Program-made: the position numbers and the translations under genes
Assembly (NCBI GenBank): GCA_020348445.1
Contig: CP070751.1
Span: 4,685,060-4,749,059 of the forward strand
Direction: 5' to 3'
Origin: Thermoplasmata archaeon
Lineage (GTDB): Archaea > Thermoplasmatota > Thermoplasmata > GCA-020350865
DNA length: 64,000 bases
The notes under the pieces: generated by a model
What the model saw: the letters and a program-made list of their open reading frames with translations, nothing else
Told to the model about the DNA's origin: nothing
Database searches by the model: none
In this document: positions 17,918-27,476 of the stretch, piece after piece
How positions within the stretch are numbered: position 1 is the stretch's first letter
How the letters are laid out: each line of letters starts with the position of its first letter

Positions 17918-20713
17918 TTATAGCGGCACTTCCCATGTTTTTTCGAATTTCGAGTGAACATAATAGCCAGATCCAGTCTTAAAATAATCCTCTTCGTTCA
18001 TCTTCTCCCACTTTTGTGAAGAGGCGTTGAAGGTCCAAATGGCATTTACATCATCTGTGAAATTGAGATTGTTCAGGCCATCTGTCCTGTTACGGTTTAA
18101 AATTGTGGGGTAGCCCACAAGGTTCCATCCTGGATAGAGTGTTATGGATTGTTGTGATGATATTTCTTCCCCGGTGATTATCAATGTGGTTCCACCGGGC
18201 TCTGTGATATGAATCCATAAACCCATTTTATGATCTATATCTTTTAAATCGTTTAGATGATCTGGCTTTTGTGTATGGTGATGTTTCCAGGGATCTTCAG
18301 TTTCAGAAGAATCGTACCACGAAACTGCATCGTACTTGCCAGAAATAGATGTTAAGACTGTATCCAATGAAGTATCGCTCTGAATCAGTGGAAGGGATAT
18401 AAGGTTCCAACCGAACTGCAAGGGGATTTCAAATGATGGGGGCAGGGGCTCGATTGTGATTTTAACAACAGATAGGTTGTTGCTATTTTGCTCATCTGTG
18501 TCCAATAATGTTGTGGAATATATCTTGTAGTCCCCGATCTCAGTGAAGGTGTAATCCCAGCTTAACTGTTGGGTTTGATCCTGACCCATAATGCCGGCGG
18601 TCTGTTTAATCACAGGTCCATACACTGTAGTTTCTTCCGGGAAATCGGCCGATATTAAAACATCATCTATAAACCAACCGTCATCAATAACTCCCTCATC
18701 TGATGTGAACCTGAACCTTACCCTAACATCATCGCGACCTATGAAATCTCCTAGTGGAATTACTGCCTTTTCAAAACTGGTGGGTCCATCTCCGTCGAAA
18801 CAGGCCATGTTTATCCATTTGACTCCATTGTATACATCGACACTGCCGTAATCATAAGATTCTTCGATTTTGTATTTGTGATAGAAGCTAAGGTTGGCAT
18901 CAGTGGCCCATTTAAGACTAAAAGATGGCGGGTGCAACAACTGTGCAGTTATATTGGAATACATGGAGCTAGAGCCGCACCACCAACTTCTTGTTGGGCT
19001 ATGTGAACTTGTTGTTACTATTTTCCAACTATCTGGCGATGATGAACCGTCCAGATCCACAACATCCCAGTTGGAAGCGCCGCCTTCCATATTATCCGAA
19101 AATATGGTCTGCCTTACAGGAGGGCCCAACTTTCTTATCTCCAGGGAGGTGTCGAACCCGAACAGGCCGTTGCGTCCGAAATTCTTTGCAGTGGATTTTA
19201 TCAAATAATTACCAAGGGGGTATTTTCCCCCATCCAAGAATGTGTCAATTGAGACCATCCCCACATCATTGAAATATGGTACATTAACAGTGAATATTAA
19301 CGAGGCTGTGACCGAGTTGTTGCCTTGGGAGGTGACGTTTGCCTTTATTATGTATTCACCACCGCTTTCTCCGCCTGGAACCGTTACACTGAGAGTCACT
19401 GAGTCAGAGGCTCCGCTGGAAAGGAACATTGTCTCAGAACTAAGGTCAATTGTCCAACCAGGAATCGCGGACGCTGATATATTATAAGTATCATCTAAAG
19501 CTCCATCATTTGTAATTGAAATCGTAAATTGCTTGGTCTCTGACTGATTGATCACCTGTGAGGCATACGGTGTGGATAAGGAGAAATGATAATCCATTGC
19601 CTGAAATGGATTGTCCGCGATTTTGCATAGATACAATGCGGCCTCGATATTATCCTCGCATACTGGGAGAACCTTGTCCTGCCGCGGATGAAAGAGATCG
19701 TATGGGATAGTTACAGCTGGATCACCCAATATAGCATCATTTATTACAGGATACAGCTCGAAGCAAAATGCATAGATGCCCATTTCTCCGTACAGCCAAT
19801 CATCGTCTGATCCGCTCGTCATGTATAAATCGCTACCTTCAATTGGTATATAACGGGATTGAGATGAGTTGGCCTTGTTGGTTATTAAATCCGACATTTT
19901 ATTTGCCACAGCCCAAAACAGGTCGTTATCTTTTGATTCATTGTATGTATATCCCCATGGATAAAGAATCAACTGGCCGTAGCTGTGATATGATATGGAA
20001 AAAACGAAGTTGTGCTGTTTTACAAAATCCCGGATTGCACGGGTCTCGTTCTCTGAGAAAGGTTCAGTGCCCCTGTAAACTTCTGATGATGTATCATCGC
20101 TTGCTCCTGCACCACCCCACATGTAATCGTAGTTCCTGTTCAGATCGACTCCATAATTGCCATCGCCGTTGTCCCTCCTGTTTTTCCGCCACCCGGCTTG
20201 TTGATGTTTATGATTAGAGGGATCGTCTTCGGGACTGTCGTATTGGCGGCCATCAGGATTCACACAGGGAACAACCCAGATTTGTCTGTTGTCCACTATG
20301 TTCGTGATGGTGGTGTTAGTTGCATAATTGTCTGTAAGATAGTTTAAGATGTACAAGCAGACCTCTATTGTCAGCCATTCCCTAGCATGGTGATTGCCAT
20401 TAAAGTAAATCTCAGGCTCGTCTTCTTCTGTGTCTGGATTGTCGGAGACCTTCATTGCCCAGATATCTCTTCCCTCGTAACTCTTTCCGATGCTCACCAA
20501 TTTCGTGATGCCTGGATGTTCGATTGAGATTTGAACAAGTTCTGCCACTGTTTCATTGAGGCTGTGATAAGAGGTCGTGCCCAGGGGTTGGGGGTCGTCT
20601 GCGGCTGCGATCTCCACAAAATCGATTCCAAGAATAGAGCTTCCCGGCATTACAAGAACGAAAATTGAGATTGTTAATGTCAGTACTCTCTGTAATTTAG
20701 TTACTGGTGCCAA
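17918..20713 (-). CDS. Secreted M14 zinc carboxypeptidase (carboxypeptidase T-like) with Ig and jelly-roll accessory domains and a conserved C-terminal GWNL domain
   Basis: Signal-like N-terminus. Zinc ligands and catalytic residues are present (HHAREW, WRKNRR, DLNRNY, SYHSYG, FELYP). TTG start. Confidence 0.92.
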   Translation of the reverse strand: MAPVTKLQRVLTLTISIFVLVMPGSSILGIDFVEIAAADDPQPLGTTSYHSLNETVAELVQISIEHPGITKLVSIGKSYEGRDIWAMKVSDNPDTEEDEPEIYFNGNHHAREWLTIEVCLYILNYLTDNYATNTTITNIVDNRQIWVVPCVNPDGRQYDSPEDDPSNHKHQQAGWRKNRRDNGDGNYGVDLNRNYDYMWGGAGASDDTSSEVYRGTEPFSENETRAIRDFVKQHNFVFSISYHSYGQLILYPWGYTYNESKDNDLFWAVANKMSDLITNKANSSQSRYIPIEGSDLYMTSGSDDDWLYGEMGIYAFCFELYPVINDAILGDPAVTIPYDLFHPRQDKVLPVCEDNIEAALYLCKIADNPFQAMDYHFSLSTPYASQVINQSETKQFTISITNDGALDDTYNISASAIPGWTIDLSSETMFLSSGASDSVTLSVTVPGGESGGEYIIKANVTSQGNNSVTASLIFTVNVPYFNDVGMVSIDTFLDGGKYPLGNYLIKSTAKNFGRNGLFGFDTSLEIRKLGPPVRQTIFSDNMEGGASNWDVVDLDGSSSPDSWKIVTTSSHSPTRSWWCGSSSMYSNITAQLLHPPSFSLKWATDANLSFYHKYKIEESYDYGSVDVYNGVKWINMACFDGDGPTSFEKAVIPLGDFIGRDDVRVRFRFTSDEGVIDDGWFIDDVLISADFPEETTVYGPVIKQTAGIMGQDQTQQLSWDYTFTEIGDYKIYSTTLLDTDEQNSNNLSVVKITIEPLPPSFEIPLQFGWNLISLPLIQSDTSLDTVLTSISGKYDAVSWYDSSETEDPWKHHHTQKPDHLNDLKDIDHKMGLWIHITEPGGTTLIITGEEISSQQSITLYPGWNLVGYPTILNRNRTDGLNNLNFTDDVNAIWTFNASSQKWEKMNEEDYFKTGSGYYVHSKFEKTWEVPL

Positions 20714-20911
20714 AATTAGCCCCCTTTTTAAAGAACAATATATAGGCCAGGGTATTTATAATTTAAGACATGCAGCCCAACTCAGATTATTTCATTAATT
20801 TTTCATTTATTGATAAGAATTTCTTTTTAAGCTCTATCTAGTTAGAAAAACGAAAAGAAAAGGCAATAAGTATTTAATTCTGCAGATGAATATGGTAATT
20901 AAGGTGAATCG

Positions 20912-21142
20912 ATGCCAAAAAATCCCACCATTCCAAAGCGATTCTGGGAGGATGCACAATGGGTCAGGAATAACTATTCAGAGCTGTTAAGAAAATACCC
21001 TGATAGATGGATTGCCGTAGTGGGTAAAAAGGTTATATGTTCAGGGAAAAATCTAAGCAGAGTAAGAAGTATAGCAAAAAGGAAGACATCCCGATCGTTG
21101 ATCTACTCGACTTACATCGGATGCGGGCATCATGTCTACTAG
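20912..21142 (+). CDS. DUF5678-like small protein (putative antitoxin partner)
   Basis: W...NY.EL..KYP.RWIAV....V..SG pattern. The stop overlaps the start of the next gene; GGTGA RBS. Confidence 0.7.
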   Translation: MPKNPTIPKRFWEDAQWVRNNYSELLRKYPDRWIAVVGKKVICSGKNLSRVRSIAKRKTSRSLIYSTYIGCGHHVY

Positions 21143-21586
21143 AATAAAATTGCATTTTGTTGAGGCTGTTTTACAGGAACTCTCTAAGGAAGAGGAATAT
21201 GAACTAACCAGATTAATGGGTTGGGTAGTATTTAGGACTACAAACCATTGGTCTGAACCCATGGATGCAATTATCGATACTGGGGCTCATACATCAATTT
21301 TACCAAAAACAATCTGGAAAGGATTACAACAGAAATACAAGATTCATATGATATTCAAGGTATCTCTACTAGACCAGAATGTAAAATACCCTGCAAGGTT
21401 GGAACCGTAACCGCGAGGTTTATCGACGAAACAAATAATACTTCAGATGAAATAAAAATGCGAGCATTTTTAGCATTAACTGATGAAGTACCGTTAATAA
21501 TAGGATTCAAGGATGTTCTATCCAGATTTAAGGTTTGTTTTGATCATAAAAGAAATAATGCTTATCTTGAAGAGTTAAAGATTTGA
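21132..21586 (+). pseudogene. Retropepsin-like aspartyl protease gene interrupted by a 1-nt frameshift near 21324-21330
   Basis: AIIDTGAHTSILP active site in the first frame. The other frame continues TEIQDSYDIQGIST...VPLIIGFKDVLSRFKVCFDHKRNNAYLEELKI-stop. The span is 455 nt, one short of 152 codons. Confidence 0.8.
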
Positions 21587-21594
21587 AAAAACAT

Positions 21595-21637
21595 TGTACT
21601 CAACCGTATAAAGATATTACTCAATCTTATAGTGTGA
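21595..21637. repeat. Direct repeat copy A (43 bp) downstream of the MNT-HEPN pair
   Basis: 37/44 aligned positions match 22704-22747 (manual alignment). Confidence 0.85.
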
Positions 21638-21696
21638 CATTTAACTCCTGTGTAATTTTATCACGTATTTATTAATCCTGATCTACCTGCAATTTA

Positions 21697-22143
21697 TCAT
21701 ATGAGTTTCCTTTTCTTGAGTTCATTTTCAATTAAATTGAAGAATTTCTCGGCGCTTGTTACTGCCTTTTTTGCCTCAAGCTGCGATATCAAACCCGAGG
21801 TATCATAAACCACCCTGTGTCGTTTTCTTCGCATTCTGTCCAAAATCACGATAATTTCCTTGGCTTTGCCACTTAAAACTGCCTCTGCGAACCTCACTGC
21901 TGAGATATGCTGAGCTTTTCCAAATGGACGATATCCCATTGAGAACATCAAAGCACGAGCACTCTGTAACATGGAATTATAGGCAATAGAGAAGGCCCAG
22001 TCAGGATTATCTTTGGATAATGATTTTGAAGTTCTTAAATCTCTTTTTGCTAAAGCCATACACTCTTTGACTCTTTTTTTATCGATGGGGATTTTTCCGA
22101 TCAATCCCTCTTTCTCCAGATCAGCAAGTTTCACTTCCTTCAC
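21697..22143 (-). CDS. HEPN domain protein (putative toxin)
   Basis: A..DL..S......DWAF..AY.SMLQSARALM pattern and Rx4-6H-like RMRRKRH..VY. Overlaps the upstream MNT gene. Confidence 0.88.
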   Translation of the reverse strand: MKEVKLADLEKEGLIGKIPIDKKRVKECMALAKRDLRTSKSLSKDNPDWAFSIAYNSMLQSARALMFSMGYRPFGKAQHISAVRFAEAVLSGKAKEIIVILDRMRRKRHRVVYDTSGLISQLEAKKAVTSAEKFFNLIENELKKRKLI

Positions 22144-22693
22144 CTACTAGGAATATCCTTGGGCTTTCAAAGACATTTTTAATGAAAGGATCTTTTCTTT
22201 TAAGTCTTCTTTTAACTTCATCTTCACTGAATATTACATAGTTGATCTCTCTGGAAAGCTTTTTTTCTAGGGTATTTAGACCTTCTATAATTCCATTCTC
22301 ATCAACTTTTCCCACAATAAACAGATCGATATCGGAAAGTAATCTTTCTTTCCCTTCAGCCCATGAACCGTATATGAAAGCCAGTTCGATGTTCTTATCT
22401 TTTTCAAGTATCTGTTTCAGTTCGTTTGCGATTCCATCTGTCTTGATGAATATCATCTTCAATTCCTCATAGATTGGGAGTTTATTGTTAATTTGGAAAT
22501 ATCTTTGATTTCCCTTTCTCCGTGACAGCAGGATCCCAAGCTTTTTCAATTTATTCAGTTCTCTTCGGACAGAGTTAAAGTTCTCCTCAATCCTCCTCGC
22601 AATTTCTCGGACGTAGAACTCCTCGTCTGGATGCGAGAAAAATAAACTAAGGATTTTACTCCTAGTTCTGGAGCCCATAAGTTCCTCAAGCAT
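22121..22693 (-). CDS. Winged-HTH plus minimal nucleotidyltransferase (MNT) protein (putative antitoxin/regulator)
   Basis: YVREIAR...NSVRRELNKL..LG HTH; FIYGS.A.G.....SDIDLFIVG MNT motif. Confidence 0.9.
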   Translation of the reverse strand: MLEELMGSRTRSKILSLFFSHPDEEFYVREIARRIEENFNSVRRELNKLKKLGILLSRRKGNQRYFQINNKLPIYEELKMIFIKTDGIANELKQILEKDKNIELAFIYGSWAEGKERLLSDIDLFIVGKVDENGIIEGLNTLEKKLSREINYVIFSEDEVKRRLKRKDPFIKNVFESPRIFLVGEGSETC

Positions 22694-22747
22694 GAGTAAA
22701 TAATGTACTCAATCGTATAAATATTTTACTCAACTTTTATAGTGGGA
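22693..22747 (-). promoter_or_regulatory. Leaderless promoter/operator of the MNT-HEPN operon; includes direct repeat copy B (22704-22747)
   Basis: TATTTATA at 22716-22723 flanked by two TTGAGTA repeats, plus a TGAGTA-N7-TACTCA inverted repeat (22693-22711) overlapping the start codon. Confidence 0.65.
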
Positions 22748-24620
22748 TATTCCAAACCTTTGTAACCCTGGAATGTATCCAATATCCTTTACCTATCTCG
22801 AAATAATCTGTGGCTTCATCGAGCTTAACCCATTTCTGGGTTGAGGCATTATAAGTCCAGATTGCATCAACATCACTCCCGAAATTCAAGGTATCCAAGG
22901 CGACAACTCGAGTTTTATTGGTTTTAGATGGGAATCCAACGAGATTCCATCCTGGATAGAGTGAAATATCTTGATTAGATGTCAGCTCATCTCCCATAAC
23001 TACTAATGTCGTACCCCCAGGATCCGTGACATGGACCCATAAACCCATCGTGTGATTGATATCATTCAAATCATTTAGATAGGAAGGTTTTGAGATATGA
23101 TGGTGTTTCCAGGGATCGTTGGTGTCTGTTATGTTATACCATTGGACGGCATCATATTGATTTTCGATGGATTGAAATACGGTCTTTAGATTTGGATCAG
23201 ATTGAGGCCTGGGTAATGAGATTAAATTCCAGCTTGTTTCCAGGTCTAAAAGAGTGCCTTTATGAAGAACGATATCTATAGTTTTGCTTTCGTCGATAAA
23301 AGGTTGGGCGTACCCTACTAAGGTATCGTTCCATGCTACTATTTTGTGTGGTGTATGGTAGGTTTTCTCACCTATATTATTTCCATCAGTATCTTGCTCT
23401 ATATATTCTGTAATAGTAAGCCATCTGATTTGGCCATTTGAATCTGTAATGAAAGTTTGGTCATAAGAGCCGTTCAGGTTGTCTTCAATTTTAACTTGGG
23501 CATATGAGACTGGATTCCCTAGGTAGTCTACGATGTTTAAGTGGAGATACCATTGGACAATTAATTTTGATGCGGAATCCTTGAATTTAGTTCTTGTTTT
23601 ATTGAAAATTGTATTTATTGTTTTAATGTAAGATCCGTCTTCAAGATGAAAATCTTCCCAATTTGAGTTCGATATCGAACAGTTTGTATAAATATCTCTT
23701 GATTTGGTTGAAAGAACACCATCTTTTCTATTATTCTCAATACGGTTATTTATTATTTTATTTTGAGATAGATGGAGAGCCCAAATACCATATTCATTGT
23801 TAGAGATAATATTGCCTTCAATAATATTATCTATACCAGCTAAAAATATACCTTCCCAATTGCAGCCAGTAATCTCGTTATTAGTTACATTATTATAATT
23901 TGATGGTCCGCAGAACTCAATACCCGCAGTATAACCATTTGAAATCTTGTTATTTGTAATGATGTTGTGTGATGTATACTCTAGTTCAAAACCCCCCTTT
24001 GTTATAATATTATCTTTGAAAAAGTTGTTCGATCCTTTTAAAAGCCATATAAGTCCGCTATTAGAAAGATCATTGGCAATGATGTTGTTCCAACTAGAAG
24101 AATCAAAATCAATAGGACCTTGGGATCCCGTAATTATATTATCAGTAATATCTATATTTGAAGATGCATAAAGATGGATACCATAGCATGAATCCTTTAT
24201 TATATTATTTGTTATTTGGATATTTAAAGAAGAATAAATATAAATACCATAGTCCCCCTCGATAATTGTGAGACCTTTTATATTCACCCAATCTGCATCA
24301 ATATAAATAACATGATCCAATAAATATCCATAAATAATCGTCGTATCTCTGTTTTGCCCAACTAGATTTATTGATTTTTTAATCACTACATTCTCCCAAT
24401 AATTTCCACTATAGACATAAACGGTATCCCCATTTTTAGCTGCATTCACTCCATCTTGAATGCTCGTGTAATCTGCCCCTCCACTGTCATCAACATAAAT
24501 CGTATCGCAACTAACATTAAGTACAATCTCAAAATGAAAATCAATGGCAGCAAATATGGCCAGAACTAGTAGAATAACAATGGATAAATTCGCTATCTTT
24601 ATCGATAACCTTTGTCGCAA
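22737..24620 (-). CDS. Secreted right-handed beta-helix (NosD/pectin lyase-like) protein with the conserved C-terminal GWNL domain
   Basis: IYVDDSGGADYTSIQD..N.A..GDTVYV.SG.Y.ENV followed by Asn/Ile-rich beta-helix coils. Start moved to TTG 24620 because GGAGG lies at 24627-24631. Confidence 0.85.
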   Translation of the reverse strand: MRQRLSIKIANLSIVILLVLAIFAAIDFHFEIVLNVSCDTIYVDDSGGADYTSIQDGVNAAKNGDTVYVYSGNYWENVVIKKSINLVGQNRDTTIIYGYLLDHVIYIDADWVNIKGLTIIEGDYGIYIYSSLNIQITNNIIKDSCYGIHLYASSNIDITDNIITGSQGPIDFDSSSWNNIIANDLSNSGLIWLLKGSNNFFKDNIITKGGFELEYTSHNIITNNKISNGYTAGIEFCGPSNYNNVTNNEITGCNWEGIFLAGIDNIIEGNIISNNEYGIWALHLSQNKIINNRIENNRKDGVLSTKSRDIYTNCSISNSNWEDFHLEDGSYIKTINTIFNKTRTKFKDSASKLIVQWYLHLNIVDYLGNPVSYAQVKIEDNLNGSYDQTFITDSNGQIRWLTITEYIEQDTDGNNIGEKTYHTPHKIVAWNDTLVGYAQPFIDESKTIDIVLHKGTLLDLETSWNLISLPRPQSDPNLKTVFQSIENQYDAVQWYNITDTNDPWKHHHISKPSYLNDLNDINHTMGLWVHVTDPGGTTLVVMGDELTSNQDISLYPGWNLVGFPSKTNKTRVVALDTLNFGSDVDAIWTYNASTQKWVKLDEATDYFEIGKGYWIHSRVTKVWNIPL

Positions 24621-24821
24621 TTTGGTCCTCCTTAATTTTTCTATTATTAAATATAATATATATGCTTTGTCTATCAAAATAACATTTTTCTATATTAAAA
24701 ATACAATTAATAATGAATACTTATGAGACCCGAGTTTCCTATCTTCGAGGTCGAGTGTTCTACTTCCGAGACTTATTTTACCTTCCTTTCCATTTGCTCA
24801 TAAATACTTTATTAAAAAATC

Positions 24822-25394
24822 CTAAGCCCGCCCATAACTTTCCCCAGAAACCACCCCTGATGCAATCAAATGCGCCACCCTAATTGGTTCAGGAAGAGCA
24901 CCTCTTATCGTGGATTGATCGATGATTCTTTTTACGTCCTCCAAGTCCATGCCAGTGAACTTGACAAAGATTGGTTTGTGCGCGGTCTTGATTTTAAAAA
25001 GCTCTCCCTTTTTTATTATGTCCAGTCTTTTTTGCCAATCTTCAAAATGCTCTTTTAGGGCCTTCTCCATGGCCTCGAAATTTGGCTCCTCCCGCGTTAT
25101 CGTGATCACTGGCAATCCGATTTTTTTATGAAGTTCATCAATATCAATAACATTAAAGCCGCCCAAGGCCACTCCGTCCAGCATCACGAGCTTCAACTGC
25201 TCCTTATATCGGGATGAGTTTATCATAGCCTCGAGCTTATCGCAGGCATCGCTTCCATCCACCTCAACCTCTGTTTTTAATACTGCCTCGATGTACGACG
25301 GTATCCTAGTTACCACTCCAATGACCGTTGTTTTTTTATCACCGAATTTGAATGGTGCGTCATCGATTCCAAGAACCCTGACCTGCGGCTTCAT
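24822..25394 (-). CDS. DUF99 family protein (endonuclease V-like fold)
   Basis: RVLGIDD, EVDG.DA, MLDG.A.GGFN..D, LPEP.RVAHLIASG. Confidence 0.9.
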   Translation of the reverse strand: MKPQVRVLGIDDAPFKFGDKKTTVIGVVTRIPSYIEAVLKTEVEVDGSDACDKLEAMINSSRYKEQLKLVMLDGVALGGFNVIDIDELHKKIGLPVITITREEPNFEAMEKALKEHFEDWQKRLDIIKKGELFKIKTAHKPIFVKFTGMDLEDVKRIIDQSTIRGALPEPIRVAHLIASGVVSGESYGRA

Positions 25395-25421
25395 ACATCC
25401 ACCTTTTTAGTCAAACAATCA

Positions 25422-25778
25422 TCATTTCAAAAGGGGGAGTTCCCCAGTAATGGGATCCACCAACTCATTTGGAGCAGGACCTATACCCAAACATGTAACA
25501 GTCTCAGGCGGAATTTCTGTTAGTCCAGCATCTGTTATAAGATAGGTTGGTAATTTCCTGGATTTAGCTACCCTTTCCAAATCGAGAAGCTCATCCAAAT
25601 CCTCCACCCTTACCACCACCTTCTTTCCCCCTTCGCTCTGCCATTTTTTGAACCAGTTGGTATATGATTTCTTTGCCTCAAAGGCACAGCCCACTGCAGC
25701 ATGGGATGCCTGGGCTGCTATCTTCCCGCATGAGAGGTCGAGGTCGTCCCTCACCGCTATTATCATCTTGTATTTCAT
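25422..25778 (-). CDS. pth2: Peptidyl-tRNA hydrolase Pth2
   Basis: R.DL.LS.GKIAAQ.SHA, KKVV, ITDAGLTEIPP.T.TCLGIGP. Confidence 0.96.
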   Translation of the reverse strand: MKYKMIIAVRDDLDLSCGKIAAQASHAAVGCAFEAKKSYTNWFKKWQSEGGKKVVVRVEDLDELLDLERVAKSRKLPTYLITDAGLTEIPPETVTCLGIGPAPNELVDPITGELPLLK

Positions 25779-25798
25779 GATGTTCACGAAAATCCATT

Positions 25799-26377
25799 TC
25801 AATAAAGCTGCCTTGCTCGAAGCTTCTCCAGCTCCTTGATCCTCTTGTCTATCTCAGAAAGACGCTTTTGGGCCTTGTGGCTCTTTTTTTGATAGTACTC
25901 CATCATATCCTTGGTCTGCACCCTTGATTTCCTCTCGAAAGCTTTTATGTCCCTTCTCAATTTGTAGCGCTCCTTTGTCAGCTTCTGGAACTCAAGTAAA
26001 GTCTTGTCCTCCAAAGGCCCTAGGTTGTACTCCACGATATCGGTCTGCGGTAAGGGGCGCTCCAACTTCGGATGCAGTTTACCAAGAAACTGATAAGCGC
26101 CACGATACCAACCCAGAATAAAGAACAGAAGCGACAACCCGCCCAAAGAAAGCCAGATATTCAATTCATTGAAACCCACCAACTGAGGACTGCCAAGGAC
26201 AAAGCCCACCAATACCGAGATAACGACGCTCATGACAGCCCCCATGACAGCCTGAAAGAATAGCCCCATCTCTGTATCGAGCTCCTCTGGCCTTGGGAAA
26301 AGCATGCGCATCAACGTAAAACCAGGCAGGAAAAAAATGAGGAGCAAACCAAAAGCTATTCGTATAAATTCCAACAT
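25799..26377 (-). CDS. DUF1616-like membrane protein with C-terminal coiled coil
   Basis: FFLPGFTL..LFP..ELD N-terminal pattern, TM helices, charged helical tail. Confidence 0.7.
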   Translation of the reverse strand: MLEFIRIAFGLLLIFFLPGFTLMRMLFPRPEELDTEMGLFFQAVMGAVMSVVISVLVGFVLGSPQLVGFNELNIWLSLGGLSLLFFILGWYRGAYQFLGKLHPKLERPLPQTDIVEYNLGPLEDKTLLEFQKLTKERYKLRRDIKAFERKSRVQTKDMMEYYQKKSHKAQKRLSEIDKRIKELEKLRARQLY

Positions 26378-26591
26378 CGTTTATCCTCTTAGAGACGAGT
26401 AAATTATTGATATTTAAAGGTTTGGGCAAGGGAGCATGTAAATTATCGTCAATAGATTCCACCATGCTCAGATGATTTACATAAGAGGATTATTGTATGG
26501 TTACACTTATACAGATAAATGATCCTTCGCAGATAACTTTTAAAAGGTCTAGGAGATTACCCTATTTACTTTGAAGTGGGAGAGGATATGA

Positions 26592-27476
26592 ATGGTTGCA
26601 AATATAATTAGTGGTAAGGAGATTGCAAAATCCATACGTGAAGAAATAAAGGTAAAAGTGGATGAACTGAAGGAAAAGGGAATCACACCAGGTTTAGCAG
26701 TTGTTTTGGTAGGTGAGGACCCGGCATCTCAGGTTTACGTTAGAGCCAAGGGAAAGGCCTGTGATAAGCTAGGCATCTACTCAGAGACCACCACATTACC
26801 TGCAGAAACAGGTGAAGATGAACTGTTAAAGCTCATAGAAAAACTGAACGCTGACGAGAAGATCCACGGCATACTCGTACAGCTACCTTTGCCCAAACAT
26901 ATCAATGAGACCAAGGTACTCATGGCAATAGATCCAGATAAGGATGTGGACGGCTTCCATCCAGTAAACGTTGGAAGGATGCTAGTTGGAGATGAATGCT
27001 TCCTCCCATGTACGCCCCATGGAGTTCAGGAGCTGCTTATCCGCAGCGGCAACGACCCAGAGGGAAAGCACGTCGTGGTAGTAGGAAGAAGCAATATTGT
27101 TGGAAAACCTGTTGCTGGAATTCTAATGCAGAAGAAGGATGGAGCCAACGCCACAGTTACCATTGCCCACAGCAGGACAAAGAACTTAACCGAGCTTACC
27201 AAATGCGCTGACATCATTGTGGCTGCAATTGGAAAACCGGAATTCATCAAGGCCGACATGGTCAAAGAAGGTGTAGTAATAATAGATGTCGGAGTAAATC
27301 AGGTGGGTGAGACACCCGAGGGAAAACGTATCCTGAAAGGTGATGTTGACTTCGAGGGAGTAAAGGAGAAGGCCTCTGCAATAACCCCAGTGCCAGGTGG
27401 TGTCGGCCCAATGACAATAACAATGCTCATGCAGAATACTGTAAAGTCAGCCCAGCAAAAACTGGGTGGTGCCTGA
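26592..27476 (+). CDS. folD: Methylenetetrahydrofolate dehydrogenase/cyclohydrolase
   Basis: PGLAVVLVG.DPAS..YV..K, DVDGFHP, PCTP.G, GRSNIVGKP, TPVPGGVGPMT. Confidence 0.97.
   Translation: MVANIISGKEIAKSIREEIKVKVDELKEKGITPGLAVVLVGEDPASQVYVRAKGKACDKLGIYSETTTLPAETGEDELLKLIEKLNADEKIHGILVQLPLPKHINETKVLMAIDPDKDVDGFHPVNVGRMLVGDECFLPCTPHGVQELLIRSGNDPEGKHVVVVGRSNIVGKPVAGILMQKKDGANATVTIAHSRTKNLTELTKCADIIVAAIGKPEFIKADMVKEGVVIIDVGVNQVGETPEGKRILKGDVDFEGVKEKASAITPVPGGVGPMTITMLMQNTVKSAQQKLGGA

Noticed and set aside
24621-24677. Upstream start of the beta-helix gene
   Set aside because: A GGAGG RBS sits just before TTG 24620, which gives a normal signal-peptide-like N-terminus.
26432-26530. Inverted repeats upstream of folD as a folate riboswitch
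   Set aside because: They lie upstream of the likely TATA box (~26538-26545), and I cannot match them to the THF riboswitch consensus. They may be operators, but support is weak.
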